Positions 40,144 through 52,900 of a stretch of DNA of 64,000 bases are shown in pieces. The stretch is from Candidatus Latescibacterota bacterium. Its GTDB lineage: Bacteria; Latescibacterota; UBA2968. The translations under genes were made by a program, and so were the position numbers. Under the pieces are notes generated by a model, which had not been told where the DNA came from, did not search any database, and worked only from the letters and a program-made list of their open reading frames with translations. How positions within the stretch are numbered: the stretch's first letter is position 1; each line of letters opens with the position of its first letter. The stretch spans positions 6,080,001-6,144,000 of the forward strand of contig OZ240241.1 of the NCBI GenBank assembly GCA_965198115.1, read 5' to 3'.

Positions 40144-42515
40144 ATGGTCCTGCTCGCGCTCATCCTGCTAGCCATCGATCTACACGCGTCATCGACGACC
40201 AATGTCATCGTCCGCGGAAGCGTGCGGGACGCGACGTCGGGACAGCCGCTCTCGCCCGCCACCGTTCGCGTCGATAACACCTATCTCGGAACGATCACCA
40301 GCCAGCAGGGTGAATTCGAACTGCGCATCGAACGGTTACCCGCGCGTCTGCTCGTGAGCCATATCGGATACGAATCGACCGATCTCACGATCTCCTCCTC
40401 CGGAAGCTACGACTTCCACCTCCTACCGGTAACTTACGAAATGGAAGAGCTCGTCGTCACGGCCGAAGACCCTGCGATCAGCATCATGCGCAAGGTGATC
40501 GAGCGGAAACGCCAGTGGCGGCAGGACCTGAAGACGTTTCGTGTCGACGCCTATAACCGGTTCACGCACCGCAAGGACTCGACGATCGTTTCCGTCATCG
40601 AAAGCCTGTCGGAAGCCTACTGGGATCACGAAAAGGGCTGGCGCGAAATCGTCAAATCCAGACGACAGACCAAGAACATCGACATCGAGGATTCGTTTCC
40701 GGCCGCCGTCTTTATCGACAACCTCTACGACGACAATGTCCTGGTCGCCGGGCACCGCCTTCAGGGCGTCACCCATCCCGACGCGCTCGATGTCTACGAC
40801 TTTACGCTCGCCGGACGACGCCGGATGGACGATCGAACCGTCTACGACATCGAGGTTCGCTCAAAGAGTCCGCGATCGTCCGCCTTCGAGGGCCGCATCG
40901 CCATCCTGGACGAAGCTTATGCCATGCTCGAGGCCGACCTTCGTCCGAATGACTCTTTCATCTTCCCGCCTCCGCTGCGTCTCTTCAAGGTCACCTATCG
41001 CCAGCAGTACAGCGACTTTGGCGGAGACTACTGGCTCCCCATCGGAAACCGTGCGACCATTGTCCTCGACATCGGCATCGTAGGTTTCGGATCCCCTCGA
41101 TTCGCGGAGAACCAGGTATCTCGTCTTTCAAACTACGAAGTCAACGTCTCCCTCCCCGATTCACTCTACCAGTCCGAGGACGTGACCACCGTTGACTCTG
41201 TGTCAGTGCAGGTCGATACACTCCTCGCCAAGGGTGGCTTGGCCCTCAGTCTCGAGCCCGAAGAGAAAGAAGCCTATGTCACCATCGACAGCACACAGAC
41301 GCTCGAAAAGGTTTTCAGCCGGAAGGGTTTCTCGCTCGGATTTTCATACGCGACGACGATGACGGGGGTGATAGCGGGAAAAGCGAGGGCAAAGACGGTA
41401 AAAAGAAGAACCGACCTCTCTCATTCGGGCTGAAACCCACGCTCTACTACAATCGCGTCGACGCAGCAAGACTAGGAGGGCGCCTGCTCTCGCGGTCGAA
41501 ATCACGAGATATCGAAGTCGGCGTCGGCTTCGATTACGGAACGAGGTCCAAATCGTGGAACCAGACTGTCAGGATCCACAAAGAATGGGGACCGCTCTCG
41601 GTCAACGCCACCTATTTCGATGGGATAGAACCCCGCTACAGCTCCGATCTTTACTCGCGATTCTCGGCCAGCATGCTTCCCCTCGTGGGCAAAGACGACT
41701 ACTTCGATTACGTCGACACGAAGCGGTGGCGTGGGGGGCTCAGCCTCACGTCGCGCAGGCTGGACGCGAGACTCGATGTCGAGCTGAACCACGAGAGGCA
41801 CGCTTCGGTCGCGAAATCGACGGACTACTCGATCGTCCGCACCTTCACACAACGTCCAAATCCGTCCATCGACCCCGGAAGGCTTCGCTCGGTCATCCTG
41901 CGATTGTCTCACAACCAGGAGGAAGGTCCACCCGCCCTTTTCGGTCAAAAAAAGCTCGAACTGGCGTTGGAACGGTCGCCTGGGGGCGTACTCTCGAGCG
42001 ACTTCGACTTTACGCGTCTTGCGTTCCGCGCGGTCTGGCGCTTTCCGACTTTCTACAGCCGTCGTCTGCTCCCGAACACGCTCGACGTGAGTCTGATCAC
42101 GGCCACGTCTTGGGGTCGTCTCCCTCGGCAGCGATTCCCGATCCTCGACGTCAGCCTCGACGGCTGGAACGAGCCGGGAGCCTTGCGCGCGCTCGTCACC
42201 TATCCCTACGAGGGAGAAAAGACCCTCGGATTCACGTGGGAACACAATTTCCGGACGCTCGCTTTCGAATGGCTCGGTTGGGACGCGCTCGTCAGACGCT
42301 CCATCGGCTTCATCCTCTACGGAGGTCACGGACGGACGTGGATCCCGGACGCTCGGCTCGCCGGACTGGCCGACACACCCCAGTACCAGGACCGGTTCCA
42401 CCACGAGGTCGGTCTCTCCGTCAACGGCATCTTCTCCCTGTTTCGGATCGACTTCACCCAGCGCCTGGATCGTTCTGACTTCGTCGTCGGGATGGGCATC
42501 GCCCGGCTCTTCTGA
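40144..42515 (+). CDS. Carboxypeptidase-regulatory-like plus DUF5686-type outer-membrane protein (frameshifts near 41317 and 41500)
   Basis: Signal peptide, RGSVRDATSGQPL, VSHIGY, EDPAISIMRKVI, YNRVD; C-terminal beta-strands ending in Phe. Confidence 0.75.
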
Positions 42516-42651
42516 CGACCCCCCTCTCCCGCCGGTCCTGAGCATCGTCTAAGTATCGACCGAAGTTCGCTCTACCGAAGGGTAGCCTGCGTATATCGGG
42601 CTCCCCGTCTTTCTTCGTGCCTTCGCGACTTCGTGTTCGTTTTTTCTCTAC

Positions 42652-45624
42652 GTGAACCTCAACCCTCGACAACTCCAGGCTGTCCACGCGCCCATCGGCC
42701 CCGTCCTCGTCGTAGCCGGACCCGGGACGGGGAAGACCCGCGTTCTTACGGAGCGCATCCGCTATCTCGTCACCTGCCACGGGGCTCCTCCCGAATCGAT
42801 TCTGGCCCTGACCTTCACCAACCGGGCGGCCGGCGAGCTGGCGGACCGACTGACAGACATCCAGCCGCTCGATCAACCGATCCAGGCAGCGACGTTCCAT
42901 CGTTTCTGCCTGAACGTACTCCGAACACACGCATCGACGGCCGGGCTGCATCCTCGCTTTGCGCTGGCCGACCCCGATCTTCAGCGCACGGTGCTCTATC
43001 GATCGATTCCGAACCTGAGTGCGGAAGAAAGCAACCTTTTGAACACCGTCCGCCATCTCGAAGCCATCAAACGGAAGCGACGCGAAGACGACCACCCGCT
43101 CTCGACGGGCGACCGTGAACTCTACGAAGCTTACACCGAAGAAATGAAGCGGGAAAGACTACTCGACTTCGACGACCTCATCACGCTAAGCATCGATCTC
43201 TTTCGGAAAAACCCTTCCGTCCTGGCCGATTACCAGAATCGCTGCGCGCACATCCTCGTCGACGAATTCCAGGACACCGACCGGTCCCAGTACGAGCTCC
43301 TCCATCTCCTGGCAGAGCGGAGTCGAAGTCTGTTCGTCGTCACCGACGCTCGCCAAACGATCTACGCGTGGCGATCCGCCGACCCGGAAAACCTGGTCCG
43401 TCTCCGTCGTGATTTTCCGAAGCTATCACCCCCGCTGACCCTGGAAGAGAATTACCGATCCTCACGGAACATCCTCGCTGCGGCATCGGCCGTCATCACG
43501 CCCTCGAGCAACGAACCCTCACCCATCCGTTCGATGCGCGAAGGCGCACCGATCAGAGTTCTCGCCTTCCCATCGTCTCTCGACGAAGCACGGTTCATGC
43601 TCGGCGAAATCAAAAGCCAGCTGGGTCAGGATGATCTCCAACCACCTGACATCGCCGTCCTCTATCCCCAACACGCGATCGGGGACGAAATCGAGCGCGT
43701 CTTCATGGAAGGCACGCTCCCCTGTTCACTTGCTCATCAAAGAGGGACCTTCGAACAGCCCGTCATACGACACTGTCTCTCGGCGTTGCGATACGCCCTG
43801 AACAGCGAGAATGACGCCGGTCTCGAGGACTTCCTCCGCAAGGAGCTCGATGCGTTCGATCTCGCCATCTATCCGGCTATCCGCGCGCATCAACGCCAAC
43901 GAGGAACCAGCTTCAAACAGGCCGTCTTCGACTACATCCAAACCGCCCCACGAGAGACGCGTCGACTCGTAGAACGTGTCGTCGGACTCGCCGGATCGGC
44001 CGCCGGCGCCCTTCAGCACGGAAGTCGACAATCCTTCTCGAGTCTGGTTTCCGACCTGCTCGATCAGCTCCATCAGGAGACCGAGCCCACAGTGCGGGCG
44101 GAACTCGAGAGAGTCAGCGATCCAGCCGCCCTCTCAGAAGTCACCTCTGTTGCGCAACACGTGAGCACCATCCTCGACCGCAAGGGTCGAATCTACGTCA
44201 CAGGCGATGAAGTTCTCGCGCATCTGGTCGCACGCATCCTGCGCCGTGGTTTCAGGGGGAATGGGGCCGAAATCCTCGTTGCCTCCCGCGGTCACCGTAT
44301 GGACCTGAGCGACGAAGCGATCGCTCTTTCTGTCGATCGGAACCCGGTAGACCCACTCCTCTCCCTCACGAGCGACGGGATGGGACCCGTGCTTACGGCC
44401 TACAAGGTCGTACAGCTGCTCCTCACGCCTTCCGATCGAGATCTTCAGGACTACGTCGCCCTCGACGTCGAAACCACGGACATCGATCTCGACAGGGCCG
44501 AAATCATCGAGCTGGGCGCCGTACGCGTGCGGCGCGGAAACATTATCGGTCGTTTCCACACGATGGTCCGGCCCAGGGGCAAAGTCACACCCGGCGCCGT
44601 CGAGACACACGGCATCACGAACGCCGCACTGTCCGATGCCCCGACGTTTCGTGACGCCGGTCATCGATTTGTGAATTTCGTCGGGAACGACGTTCTTATC
44701 GCTCACAACGGTTATGGCTTCGATTTTCGGGTACTCAACCGCGAGTTCGATCGCAACGGACTGGCCCGGATCCCCAACGCCCGGTTCGACACGCTGCCCC
44801 TGGCTCGGAGCTACTACCCCGAGGGCCCCAACTCGGTCGACGCCCTGGCTGACCGATTCAAGATCGACATCGAGACCGGCCGTCACCGTGCGCTCCACGA
44901 CGCTCGATTTCTTCACCAGATTGTCCAGGGTCTGATGCGCGAGAGAGCGGCAAGGGCCCGCAAGGGCGCGCTCGAGAGTGCGCTCGACACAGTCGCGCTC
45001 GCTCTCCTCTTCCAACCTTCCGATTTCGACCGTCGCTGGACCCCCGAAGAAGAGATCCTCTACAACCTGGGCGGCATGCGACTCCTCGGTCCATCCAACA
45101 CGGAATGCGCGAGCCTTTGTCGCGCCTTTCCCAGATTGTCGCCCGAGACCCTCGCCACCCGCATCCGGAGCGCGCTTCGGGAAGAGCCGACCGCCTCGAA
45201 ACTCGCCTCCCAGGCGCCCGAGCAGATGCAGCGATTGAAGAACCTCTCGAAGACGTTCGAGCGAAGGACGTCGACCACGAGAGAGGCCATCGAACAGCTT
45301 CTGGACTTTGCGGGTCTGCATCGCCTGGAAAGCGATCGTCAACGTTCGAACGCGGTTCACCTCCTCACACTCCACGCCGCCAAAGGCCTCGAGTTTCGCC
45401 ACGTCTACATCTGCGGCCTGGAAGAGAAGACGCTCCCCAACGCCCGCGCAGTCAACACCGGCAACCGAGATGAAATGGACGAACAAAGGCGTCTCCTTTA
45501 CGTCGGCATGACTCGAGCGAAGGACCGACTGACCCTCACACACGCCGAGCGGAGACCGGGTCGGGCAAACCTCGAGCCGTCCCACTTCCTCGCAGACATC
45601 CTCCCTCATCTTCGCCAATCGTAA
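42652..45624 (+). CDS. UvrD/PcrA-family SF1 helicase with inserted DnaQ-like DEDDh 3'-5' exonuclease
   Basis: AGPGTGKT, DEFQD, ENYRS, TLHAAKGLEF, YVGMTRA; insert with DVETT, AHNGYGFD and HRALHDA. Confidence 0.9.
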   Translation: MNLNPRQLQAVHAPIGPVLVVAGPGTGKTRVLTERIRYLVTCHGAPPESILALTFTNRAAGELADRLTDIQPLDQPIQAATFHRFCLNVLRTHASTAGLHPRFALADPDLQRTVLYRSIPNLSAEESNLLNTVRHLEAIKRKRREDDHPLSTGDRELYEAYTEEMKRERLLDFDDLITLSIDLFRKNPSVLADYQNRCAHILVDEFQDTDRSQYELLHLLAERSRSLFVVTDARQTIYAWRSADPENLVRLRRDFPKLSPPLTLEENYRSSRNILAAASAVITPSSNEPSPIRSMREGAPIRVLAFPSSLDEARFMLGEIKSQLGQDDLQPPDIAVLYPQHAIGDEIERVFMEGTLPCSLAHQRGTFEQPVIRHCLSALRYALNSENDAGLEDFLRKELDAFDLAIYPAIRAHQRQRGTSFKQAVFDYIQTAPRETRRLVERVVGLAGSAAGALQHGSRQSFSSLVSDLLDQLHQETEPTVRAELERVSDPAALSEVTSVAQHVSTILDRKGRIYVTGDEVLAHLVARILRRGFRGNGAEILVASRGHRMDLSDEAIALSVDRNPVDPLLSLTSDGMGPVLTAYKVVQLLLTPSDRDLQDYVALDVETTDIDLDRAEIIELGAVRVRRGNIIGRFHTMVRPRGKVTPGAVETHGITNAALSDAPTFRDAGHRFVNFVGNDVLIAHNGYGFDFRVLNREFDRNGLARIPNARFDTLPLARSYYPEGPNSVDALADRFKIDIETGRHRALHDARFLHQIVQGLMRERAARARKGALESALDTVALALLFQPSDFDRRWTPEEEILYNLGGMRLLGPSNTECASLCRAFPRLSPETLATRIRSALREEPTASKLASQAPEQMQRLKNLSKTFERRTSTTREAIEQLLDFAGLHRLESDRQRSNAVHLLTLHAAKGLEFRHVYICGLEEKTLPNARAVNTGNRDEMDEQRRLLYVGMTRAKDRLTLTHAERRPGRANLEPSHFLADILPHLRQS

Positions 45625-45782
45625 GAGGTAGGCGGTCGGTCGTCGGAAAAGCTTCAGATAATTTGTCCTCCTCCCAAACACGGGGCGTATAATATGTTTC
45701 GTCCCCACCGGAATCTTCCGGCCAGGGTTTTCCCTCCGTGTTCTCCGTGTCCTCAGTGGCTGCCTTGTCTTTCGGGGTTTTC

Positions 45783-46550
45783 TTGTCCAAACCGGTCTAC
45801 TTCATCTCCGACATTCACCTCGGCGAACCCTACCCACAACGGAATCCCCGCGAAAAGGAAGATGCTCTCATCGCGTTTCTCCAGCACGTGAGGGAGCGTG
45901 CCGACACGCTTTACATTGTCGGCGACCTCTTCGATTTCTGGTTCGAGTATAAACGGTCCGTTCCAACAACGGGTGCCCGCGTGGTCTTCGAACTGTATGC
46001 GGCCGTGCAGGGCGGACTGCGCATCGTCAGTCTCCCGGGCAACCACGACATCTGGATCGGTGATTACCTGTCGCGGCAGGTGGGTCTCGAACTGCCCGGA
46101 GGCCCCGTCGATACGGAAATCCAGGGGCGCAGGGTCCTCATTGCCCACGGCGATGAATTCCGCGAAGACCTGCCCTTCCGTATCAGCCGTGGCATACTCA
46201 AAAGTTCCTTCTGCATTCGCCTGTTCAGCTGGATCCATCCCGACGTCGGCGTGAGGCTGGGCCGATGGACCTCTCACCTGTCCGAGGCCAGGACGGGAAA
46301 CACACATGTTCACAACAGGCGAGTTTACACCAAAGCCGCGAATCGATTACTCGCTGGAGACGCCGACGTGGTCGTGTTCGGCCACTATCACGCGCCGATT
46401 GTCGAACAGCTCGACGGAGGCACGTTGATCGTCCTCGGCGACTGGGTCATCGAAGACAGCTATGCTGTTCTGGAAGATGGGACGTTCAGACTCATGCGGT
46501 GGGAAAACGGCAAGGGCGTGGAAGTCTCATCGACGGTCGCGACAGCGTGA
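45783..46550 (+). CDS. lpxH: UDP-2,3-diacylglucosamine diphosphatase (LpxH-like)
   Basis: YFISDIHLG, GDLFDFWFEY, GNHD, AHGD, FGHYH, LGDW. Confidence 0.8.
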   Translation: MSKPVYFISDIHLGEPYPQRNPREKEDALIAFLQHVRERADTLYIVGDLFDFWFEYKRSVPTTGARVVFELYAAVQGGLRIVSLPGNHDIWIGDYLSRQVGLELPGGPVDTEIQGRRVLIAHGDEFREDLPFRISRGILKSSFCIRLFSWIHPDVGVRLGRWTSHLSEARTGNTHVHNRRVYTKAANRLLAGDADVVVFGHYHAPIVEQLDGGTLIVLGDWVIEDSYAVLEDGTFRLMRWENGKGVEVSSTVATA

Positions 46551-46569
46551 CGACGCCGGCGTTCAGAAA

Positions 46570-48050
46570 ATGATCCTCGCCATCGATCAGGGCACGACGG
46601 GAACGCGGGCCGTCATCGTCGACGCCACCGGGCGCTACGTGTCATCAGCCTACCAGGAGTTCCCCCAGATCTTTCCCCAGCCCGGCTGGGTCTCGCACGA
46701 CATCCGCGAGATCTGGACCTCCACGACCGACGTGATCGACAAGGCTCTCTCCGACGCCACCTCGTCCGAAATCGTCGGAATCGGCATCACCAACCAACGT
46801 GAAACGACCGTCATCTGGGACCGCAGGACCGGCGAGCCGGCTCACGACGCCATCGTCTGGCAATGCCGTCGCACGACCGACCTGTGTCGGGCGTATCGCG
46901 ATGCGGGACTCACGGACACCGTCGCCGAGAGAACCGGACTCGTCATCGATCCCTATTTCTCAGCCACTAAAATCGTATGGCTGCTCCAAAACGTGAAAGG
47001 GCTCCGTCAACGAGCCGATGCAGGGGAGCTCTGCTTCGGAACGATGGACAGCTTCCTCCTCTTCAAGCTGACGGGGGGCGCAGTTCACGCGATGGACGTC
47101 ACAAACGCGTCTCGTACGATGATCTTCAACATTCACGATCAGCGATGGGACGACGATCTCTGCGAAGGCTTCGACATCCCGCCATCCCTTCTTCCCGAAG
47201 TCTACCCGTCAGCCCACGCTTTTGGAGTCACGGTGAGCGGCCTCGGTTCGCTGCCCGCCGGGATCCCCATCGCGGGAATGGCCGGAGACCAGCAATCGGC
47301 CCTCTTTGGACAACGCGGAACCTCCATCGGGGACATCAAGAACACTTACGGAACGGGCTGCTTTACCCTCTTCCAGACGGGTGATCGTGCGATCGCATCC
47401 CACAACGGGTTACTCACGACCATCTCCTGTGGCGCCAACGGTCTACCTGCCTATGCACTCGAAGGTGCTGTCTTCAGCGCGGGTTCGGCCGTTCAATGGC
47501 TCCGCGACGGTTTGGGGATCATTCAAAACGCCGCCGATACCGAGGATCTTGCCCGCTCGATTTCCAACACCGATGGCGTCTACCTGTCCCCGCTTTCACC
47601 GGCCTGGGCGCGCCGCACTGGGACCCGGACGCCAGGGCAACGCTCGTCGGCATCACGCGCGGCACCGAACGGGCCCACATTGCGCGCGCGGCTTTGGAAT
47701 CGATCGCCTACCAAACCGCCGACCTCATCCACGCCATGTCCGCCGACGCCGGCAGCCCCGTTACATCCCTTCGTGTCGACGGTGGCGCGTCGGCCAACGA
47801 CTTTCTCTTGCAGTTTCAGGCCGACATCCTCGACGTGACTGTCGTTCGGCCCAGGAACATCGAGACCACAGCCATCGGCGCAGCCATGCTCGCTGGCCTC
47901 GTCACCGGCGTCTGGCAGTCGTCGGACCTCTCGGACCTCAATCCTCCGGAAAGAACCTTCGACCCATCAATGGATGCCGACCGACGCGCCTCATTGCTCC
48001 ACGGTTGGCATCGTGCGGTCGACACCGCTCGCCGCCACGGATCGCTGTAG
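46570..48050 (+). CDS. glpK: Glycerol kinase (frameshift near 47590)
   Basis: [48 protein letters not shown]. Confidence 0.93.
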
Positions 48051-48112
48051 CCACCACACGCATAAGACCGCTTAAGTTGTGGCTACGCGTCCCTGTGCAC
48101 AATACAGGGACG
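48047..48112. terminator. Two stem-loops (REP-like or bidirectional terminator) between convergent genes
   Basis: GTAGCCAC...GTGGCTAC (48047-48086) and CGTCCCTGT...ACAGGGACG (48088-48112). Confidence 0.45.
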
Positions 48113-48198
48113 AGGGGATCGCATCGTCTATCAAAAACCCGCGCCACGCCTCGCCCTCGTGCTCTGCACGAGGGTGCTGTTCGGCGTAACCCTGATGC

Positions 48199-49369
48199 TC
48201 AACCCGAGTAGGGCGCAATCGCTTTAGACCGCAAGTATTCGACATTCAGATCGAAGCCCAGGCCCGGCCGACGTGACAGATGCAGATGTCCATCGCGAAC
48301 GTCGAGCGGATGATCGACCAGGACATCATACGCGTTGAGCTTTGCGCGGCTCGTCTCGAGCTTGTAGAAATTCGGAACCGTCATCATCACGTGGGCGCCG
48401 GCAACGACGTTGATCGGGCCGCTCGCATCGTGAGGCGTGATCGGAACATAGTAGGCTTCAGCCAATGTCGCGATCTTCTTCAACTCGGAAATGCCACCGG
48501 CCCAGGTCACGTCGGGCATCACATAATCGGCCAGTTTGTTCTCGAAGATGGGGACGAACTCATAGCGGGTATGGAGTCGTTCCCCTACACAGATGGGCAC
48601 ACTGATATGCTCGCGGACTTGAGCCAGCGCGTTGTAGGACTCGACAGGAACCGGTTCCTCGAACCATCCGATCTTGTAGGGTGCGAGCCGGTCCGCGAGA
48701 CGGATCGCGGTTGCTACGTCGAACCGACCGTGACAGTCGATCAGGATCTCCGTTTCGGGACCGACAACCTCACGAACGGCGGCAATCAGGGCGACACCGT
48801 GCTCCTCGCCCCCGAACGACATCTGTCCACTCAGATAGCCCCGCGATTCTTCGGGTTGCGTGGGGGAAAGGATCCGTCTTGAGCGCCGTGTGTCCCGTAT
48901 CGACGATCGCCTTGCAGTGAGCGGCCGTCGCGTCGATTTCCCTGCGGCCGCCCGGATGCGTATAAAGGGCAATCGATTCCCGAACAGGACCCCCGAAAAG
49001 GTCATAAATCGGTTGACCCAATTCTTTCCCGCGGATGTCCCAAAGGGCAATGTCGATCGCGCTGACAACGTTCGAAGTCGCCCCACGCGTACCCATATAC
49101 GTGAAAGCGCGGAAAACCTCGTTCCAGATCGCCTCGATGTGCGAGACGTCTTTCCCCTTCAGAAGATGCTCGCACTCTCCTAGGATCGCGCAGACCGCAC
49201 GGTTGGCGTATCGGTAAGTGCCCGTAATCTCACCCCAGCCTGTCAGACCCTCATCCGTGTCGATCTGGAGAAAGACGTATTCTCGTTCGTAACCGAGAGA
49301 TTCACCTGCCGTATCCAAGTAGGGTGCTTGGGATTGAATAAGCCAGGGAACAACGCGTGAAATTTTCAT
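48199..49369 (-). CDS. Mandelate racemase/enolase-superfamily sugar-acid dehydratase (DgoD-like; frameshift near 48862)
   Basis: SAIDIALWDIRGK, ALKTDPF, IDCHGR, WFEEP, GER, PHD; GAGGAGG RBS. Confidence 0.88.
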
Positions 49370-49987
49370 GCACGTCCTCCTCAAATTTCCATCCACAACG
49401 CTCAACCATTCCCGGTAAACATCCTCGAACCGGTTTGTCAGCCTCGCTTTACAGCTCGACCGTACACGAAAAAACCGCCGACGCGGTAACGTCGGCGGTT
49501 CATCGATTCTCCAAGGGGCTAACCGAGCAAATCCACACGCCCCCCAACGCCTTCCTGCCGCCCCGCGTTGATCTGCCGAAAGGTATTGTTCAGCAGACCT
49601 TGACTCGCGCGTCGCGGCGTTTCGACGCTTCCCTCTGCGTTCTTTGGTGCCGGAAGAGGCCCCCGAGGCATCGCGAAGTTCTGAAGCAGCATCTTCGGGC
49701 TGAGATCGGGGCCTGCTACGCGTCCGGGCATGGAATCCTCCAGGAAAAGGGGTGGTCCTTTTCCATCCATGGGGTCGGACGTCAATCCTTGACTGCTTCA
49801 AGAATAGCGCATTTCAAATGTTGGTGCAAGCACCTTTTTTGACATTACTTCTTAATCTACTCGACTTACGATCTGTGGAAATGGGGTGGCGATCGCAGAC
49901 GGTTGTGGCTGCCCATGTTCCAGCCACCCTATCACAGGCTGAGTCGGATCAGGACAGAAACTCGGACTAACTCTCAGAAGATTTGTC

Positions 49988-52900
49988 TTGGACAGAACCA
50001 GGAACATACTCATAGGCCTGTTCGCTGCGGCCACGGTAATCGGGTGGCTCTGTTTCGACGAACGGTTGTTCCCGATCGGCGACAATGCCGAATTCATCGT
50101 TCTGGCACGCAGCATCCTGCAGGGCGAGGGACTCTCCTACATCAATGGTCCGATCCCGGAGCCTTCCAGCAAATATCCACCCGGATTCCCTCTGATCCTC
50201 ACCATCCCCGAGCTGATCAGTCCGGGGAATCTCGACCTGATGAAGTCGGTCAGCATCTTCTTTTTCGCCCTCGTCGTTCCGCTCACGTGGATCCTCATCC
50301 GCAAAGTGGATTCCGAGGAAATGGCGTGGCTCGGACAGGGTGTGTTCTGGCCTCCACTCACCTGATCGATTACTCCCACATGATTCTGTCCGAGATGCCC
50401 TACGCGGCCTTCTCGCTAGCGGCGCTATGGGTCGTGATCGAGTCGCGTCGACTCATCGACGACCGACGCGCTGCCGCCTTCATCGCGCTGGCGGTCGTCC
50501 TGACCTTCTACATACGGTCGATCGGAGTGGCGCTCGTCGTGGGGGCCATCGTGGCACAGTTCCTCGACGGGCGCACCAGGCGGGGTCTGCTCCTCACCGG
50601 AGCGTCCTTTCTGCTTGTCCTTCCCTGGATGCTCATCAGCGGCGTTTACTTCGATCAACTCACCCACGTCAACCCGTACCAGACTGAGCAGAGTACCTCG
50701 GTCTCGGTGAACAGCCTGCTCGACCGCCTCGGTACGAACGCCCTGGCCTACGGCCTGGGACACCTGCCGAACGCTTTGATACCTTTCCAGCACTTCTCCC
50801 GGGAATCCGGTTGGATCACGAAGACGGTGGCGATCTTTCTGGACATCCTGATCGCCTATTTCTTCGTCAGTCGGCTCAGACAGGGAAAGCAGCGCGTGGT
50901 AGGGATCTACCTCGGTGTCTACCTGGGGGTCGTTCTCTTCTGGCCCGAGGTCTGGGGTGACATCAGGTTTATCGTACCCGCCATTCCATTGTTCATCTAT
51001 GCGGTCTTATGCGGAATGAAAGAACTCCTGTCCGCAGCGGGCCAGGAGAAAGCTGGACGCTGGGCGTTCATCGCCCTCGGTATTCTGTTGTTCTCGTCGA
51101 ATGCCTTGGCCAGTTGGTGGAAGTTCCCTGACGATACGTCCTATCACAAGGCCTGGCAGCACTACTTCGCTGCGGCAACCTGGGTCCGAGCGAACACCCA
51201 TCCAGATGCGATCGTCGCGTGCAGGAAACCTTACCTCCTGCACGTCGTCTCGGGCAGGAGAACCATTTCGTATCCCTGGAAAGAACCCAAAGAAATCCTC
51301 TTTGCTTTCGAGAAACAGAACGTCGATTTCGTCGTCCTCGATCAGATTTCCAAATCCTCGCAGGAATACCTGGCACCTACAATCAGGCAGAACAGGAAGA
51401 ACTTCCTGGCCGTTCAGGTCTACGATCGTCCTCAGACGATGGTCCTGGAGTTCTTTCCTGATTCACCAAAAGACTCGAACAACCGGATACAGAGGAAGCT
51501 CGCAGCTCTGAGGAAGGCCCTGGGTTACGCGCCATCGAACAAAAGACTATGGAGACAACTCTTCTCCGTTGGGACGATGCTTCAGCAGAGAGGCAGCCTT
51601 GACCAGGCCCTCGAAGTCTACGAGGAGGTCTCACTCGAAATGGAGAACAACTCGATCCTGTTCCACAACCTCGGGCTCCTCTACTCTGCACGCGGCCGCT
51701 ACGATGAGTCGGCTGTAGCCTTCGAGAAGGCAGTCGCCATGTCGCCGGAAAGGGCGGCCGGCCACCTCGGGCTGGCTCAAGCCTATGAGAAGCTGGGAAA
51801 GGATACCGAGGCGGTAGCCGCGGCTCGAAGATCGATCGCCGTGAACGCGACGGCTAAAGCCCACCGATTCCTCGGGAGAACCGAACGCCGGGCGGGTAGC
51901 CTTGAAGCAGCGGAGAACGCCTATCGGAAAGCACTGGAAATCGACGCCGGAGACAATCAGTCGTGGTACGGCTTGGCTTCCCTTCTATCGGAAAGAAGGG
52001 AATTCGACGAAGCGGCCCAGATCCTACACGACCTGGTCAGGAAACTGGAGCATCAGCCTAAAATAAGGCTCTATCCGGGTTTCTCAACGGTGAAACTATA
52101 GAATGACAAGGTCATAGATCGTTCCCTACGCTTGGTTGTGTGTGTAGGACAATCAAAGCGAAGGGGGTGCAACCTATGACCGGGAGCAGATTACTATCGA
52201 AACTGCTGAGATTCAAGGGGTTCCGTGTTGTCAGCTGGTGGTTTGAGGGGAGAAGCTGCTTCGTCATCGCCGTAAAGCCACATAAGAATGGTTGTTGTTG
52301 TCCGGAGTGCGGCCGTCGAGGTAAAATCGTCCGCACAATGCCCATCTGCGTCGGTGGCGTGACATTCCGGTGTGCGGGTGGAGGGTCTGGCTTCTCTACC
52401 ATCCTCGGGAGATTCGGTGTCCTACCCACGGTCGTGTGGTCGAGGAGATTCCGTGGGCGGAGCGGTTCTCTCGGGTGACGTATCGCTTCGAGTATGCCAT
52501 GCTGCGCTACTGCCAGACCATGACGCAGAAGGCGGCGTCCGAGTTGCTGCGCATCTCTGCCTCGACGCTGTCGGATCTCCTTCACCGATCCATCACGCGG
52601 CTTCGTGAAGGTCATCGTATCCGAGGGCTCAAAACCATCGGGATCGACGAGATCTCCTACGCCAAGCGTCACAGGTACGCCACGCTCGTTTACGATCTGG
52701 ACCGCTCCTGCGTGGGTGTGGGTTGGCCGCGGCAGGGCGCGTAAAACGATCGATCGGTTCTTCACAGAGGCTCTCAGTCCCTACCAGAGATCCAAGATCG
52801 AGTGGGCCTGCTGCGACATGAGCGAAGCTTACATCGGAGCCATCCAGGAATATTGTCCGAATGCCAAGCTGGTCCTCGATCGCTTTCACATCGTCAAGGC

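Noticed and set aside
49400-49980. Possible ncRNA or IS remnant in the divergent intergenic region (TTGTTCAGCAGACCT resembles an IS end)
   Set aside because: No partner IR, TSD, transposase motif or recognisable RNA family found by eye.
8950-52720. About 20 frameshifts (glpK, RND, MFP, tolC, dehydratase, nitrilase, DUF6785, cNMP, ISAzo13 copy A and others) as mass pseudogenisation or programmed frameshifting
   Set aside because: Most are single-base indels, many in homopolymers. They also hit glpK and one of two near-identical IS copies, which is typical of long-read consensus error. Read polishing is needed to confirm.
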